This document shows, piece by piece, positions 61,890-64,000 of a stretch of DNA of 64,000 bases (position 1 is its first letter; every line of letters starts with the position of its first letter). Location of the stretch: assembly GCA_030390025.1 (NCBI GenBank), contig CM059431.1, forward strand, positions 94,614,001-94,678,000, in the 5' to 3' direction. Below the pieces are notes generated by a model, which was not told where the DNA came from, searched no databases, and worked only from the letters and a program-made list of their open reading frames with translations. The stretch is from Squalus acanthias. Taxonomy: Eukaryota. The position numbers and the translations under genes are program-made.

Positions 61890-63380
61890 GGGAGTAATTT
61901 TAACCTCCAAAAACGGGTGGGTTTGGGTCGGGTGGGATGTTAAAATGTGAAAAATCTGAAACCCAAACCCAACCCACCTCGAACCCAACCAATTCCGATT
62001 TTAATGGAGGCGGGACGGGAGGCCAGGCAACCAACCCGATCCCAGGGAGCAGGTCGCTCATTTAAATATTATAATGAGGCTGCATGCCTCAGATTTTATC
62101 TCTCTTCCAGCTACAGTATAATGCTGACTGAAAGGAAGATGTAAGTGCCTTTCCAGCACTGCTTGTGGGCCAGGAGAAGCAGGAGTGCTTCTACCCCGGC
62201 CTTGCAAGCAAACCTGTTTCCCACTCCATGTGATTACCCCACCCCCAGCGATTGGACTTATCCCATGACTGGACCCCCTCGCTGATCACCAACCCACCCC
62301 GCACAATCACCGACCCACCCCGTGATCACCAACCCTCCCCCACTGTGATCACCGACCCCCCCCCCCCCCCGTGATCACCAACACCCCCCGTGATCACCGA
62401 CACCCCCCGCAATCACCGACCCCCCCGTGATCACCGACCCTCCCCCAATGTGATCACCGACCCCCCCGTGATCACCGACCCTCCCCCCCCGTGATCACCG
62501 ACCCCCCCCCGCAATCACCGACCCACCCCGTGATCACTGACCCTCCCCCCCGTGATCACCGACACCCCCGTGATCACCAACTGCCCCTGCAATCCCCGAC
62601 TCTCCCCGTGATCACCGACCCTCCCCCCGTGATCACCGACCCTCCCCCCCGTGATCACCGACACCCCCCGCAATCACCGACCCCCCCGTGATCACCGACC
62701 CCGCCCCGTGATCACCGAACCCCCCCGTGATCACCGACCCTGCCCCGTGATCACCGACTCTCCCCGTGATCACCGACACTCCCCGTGATCACCAACCCCC
62801 CCCCGTGATCACCGACCCCCCCGTGATCAACAACCCTCCCCCCGTGATCACCGAGCCCCCCGTGACTACCGACCCCGCCCCGTGATCACCAACTCTCCCC
62901 GTGATCACCGACACTCCCCGTGATCACCAACCCCCCCCGTGATCACCAACCACACCCGTGATCACCGACCCCCCCATGATCAACAACCCTCCCCCCCATT
63001 ATCACCGACCCCCCCCGTGATCACCGACCACCCCCGTGATCACCGACCCCCCCCGTGATCACCGACTCTCCCCGTGATCACCGACACTCCCCGTGATCAC
63101 CAACCCCCCCCCGTGATCACCGACCCCCCAGTGATCAACAACCCTCCCCCCATGATCACCGACCCCCCCGTGATCACCGACCCCGCCCCGTGATCACCGA
63201 CTCTCCCCGTGATCACCGACACTCCCCGTGATCACCAACCCCCCCCATGATCACCAACCCCCCCCCGTGATCACCGACCCCCCCCATTATCACCGACCCC
63301 CCCCGTGATCACCGACCCCCCCCCGTGATCACCGACCCCCCCCGTGATCACCGACCCCCCACATTATCACCGACCCCCCC
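61890..63380. mobile_element. Probable Harbinger-type non-autonomous element containing a VNTR, interrupted by the LTR element
   Basis: Starts GGGAGTAATTTTAACC, matching the reverse complement of GGTTAAAATTACCCCC at ~51277-51292. The other end is not in the window. Confidence 0.5.
62281..63380. repeat. C-rich ~18-21-bp minisatellite (CCCCCCGTGATCACCGA)
   Basis: Tandem units with a GTGATCAC core and variable C-runs. Confidence 0.95.
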
Positions 63381-64000
63381 TGTCAGAAATCGCAACTTCT
63401 ACAAGAAGTAACTCAGGAAGTACTACTGGGCGGCCAGCTGGGGCGCTGTCCGGGGAGTATAAATACTCGGGCGTGGGCCCACCTTGAACAGAGACAACCT
63501 GGAAACAGGAAGTTAGTGACGGCTAACTAGACCGCCATGCTTTGTTACAAGTCGATTAAAGCCTTGATTTATGTTCAACCAAGTGCGTAGTGAGTCTTTA
63601 TTACGTCAATTTAATCGACTTGGCATCGTCTCCACGCTTTGGGTGATTCGGAACAACCAGCTGCAACTCGAACCACAGAAGGGAACTAGGGCAAGAAACT
63701 GATCCACCATGGAGAAACTCATAGACCCGCTCGTCTCGACCTGGACCCGAATGCACCTGCGGCAGCGAAGGTATGGAAGCATTGGTTTTGTACCTTTAGC
63801 AACTTTCTTGAAGAATGTGGGGCGGATGCCCCTAATAAGTTACGAATGCTTATTAACTACGTGTCCCCTCATGTGTATGACTATATTGAGGACTGTATAG
63901 ACTACGACACTGCTGTCCAAATTTTACAGCAGCTATATGTCAAGTCCCCGAATGAAATCTTTGCTCGACACCTACTGGCCACAACTCGGCAGCAGCCTGG
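63381..64000 (+). mobile_element. LTR retrotransposon 5' end (Gypsy-like): LTR ~63381-63608 and frameshifted gag from 63709
   Basis: TG...CA termini, TATAAA at 63458 and ATTAAA at 63555. After a 1-nt shift the frame reads RPARLDLDPNAPAAAKVWKHW...NEIFARHLLATTRQQPG (gag-like). Confidence 0.8.

Noticed and set aside
62281..63380. CRISPR-like array (also considered for 5773-5934 and 34860-35390)
   Set aside because: There are no unique spacers or cas genes and the context is vertebrate. These are plain tandem repeats.

Overview
This is eukaryotic, non-microbial DNA. It is most consistent with a cartilaginous fish (shark-like) genome, inferred from the HE1-type V-SINEs, a Deu-type SINE and abundant CR1 LINEs. 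Most of the window is deeply nested transposable elements. These include many CR1 copies (one near full-length), an L2 tail, a second CR1-group LINE, and a ~6 kb PIF/Harbinger element with a dead transposase but an apparently intact 3-exon Myb/SANT gene. There are also several Harbinger-type MITE families, three Gypsy LTR elements, a solo LTR, two Penelope-like fragments with minimal hammerhead ribozyme motifs, a fragmented purine-rich minisatellite and a C-rich VNTR. The only host gene I can support is a + strand CARD (death-fold) gene: a coding exon at 54062-54387, a phase-compatible candidate terminal exon at 61257-61477, and a candidate non-coding first exon with a kB site near 48.3-48.4 kb. 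The most notable observations are the candidate 174-aa CARD-only protein, a 13-bp LTR/leader complementarity suggesting self-priming, two hammerheads, CTCF motifs carried in short Gypsy LTRs, and a shared Harbinger target motif. Family names come from motif recognition, not database searches, and many element boundaries are approximate.
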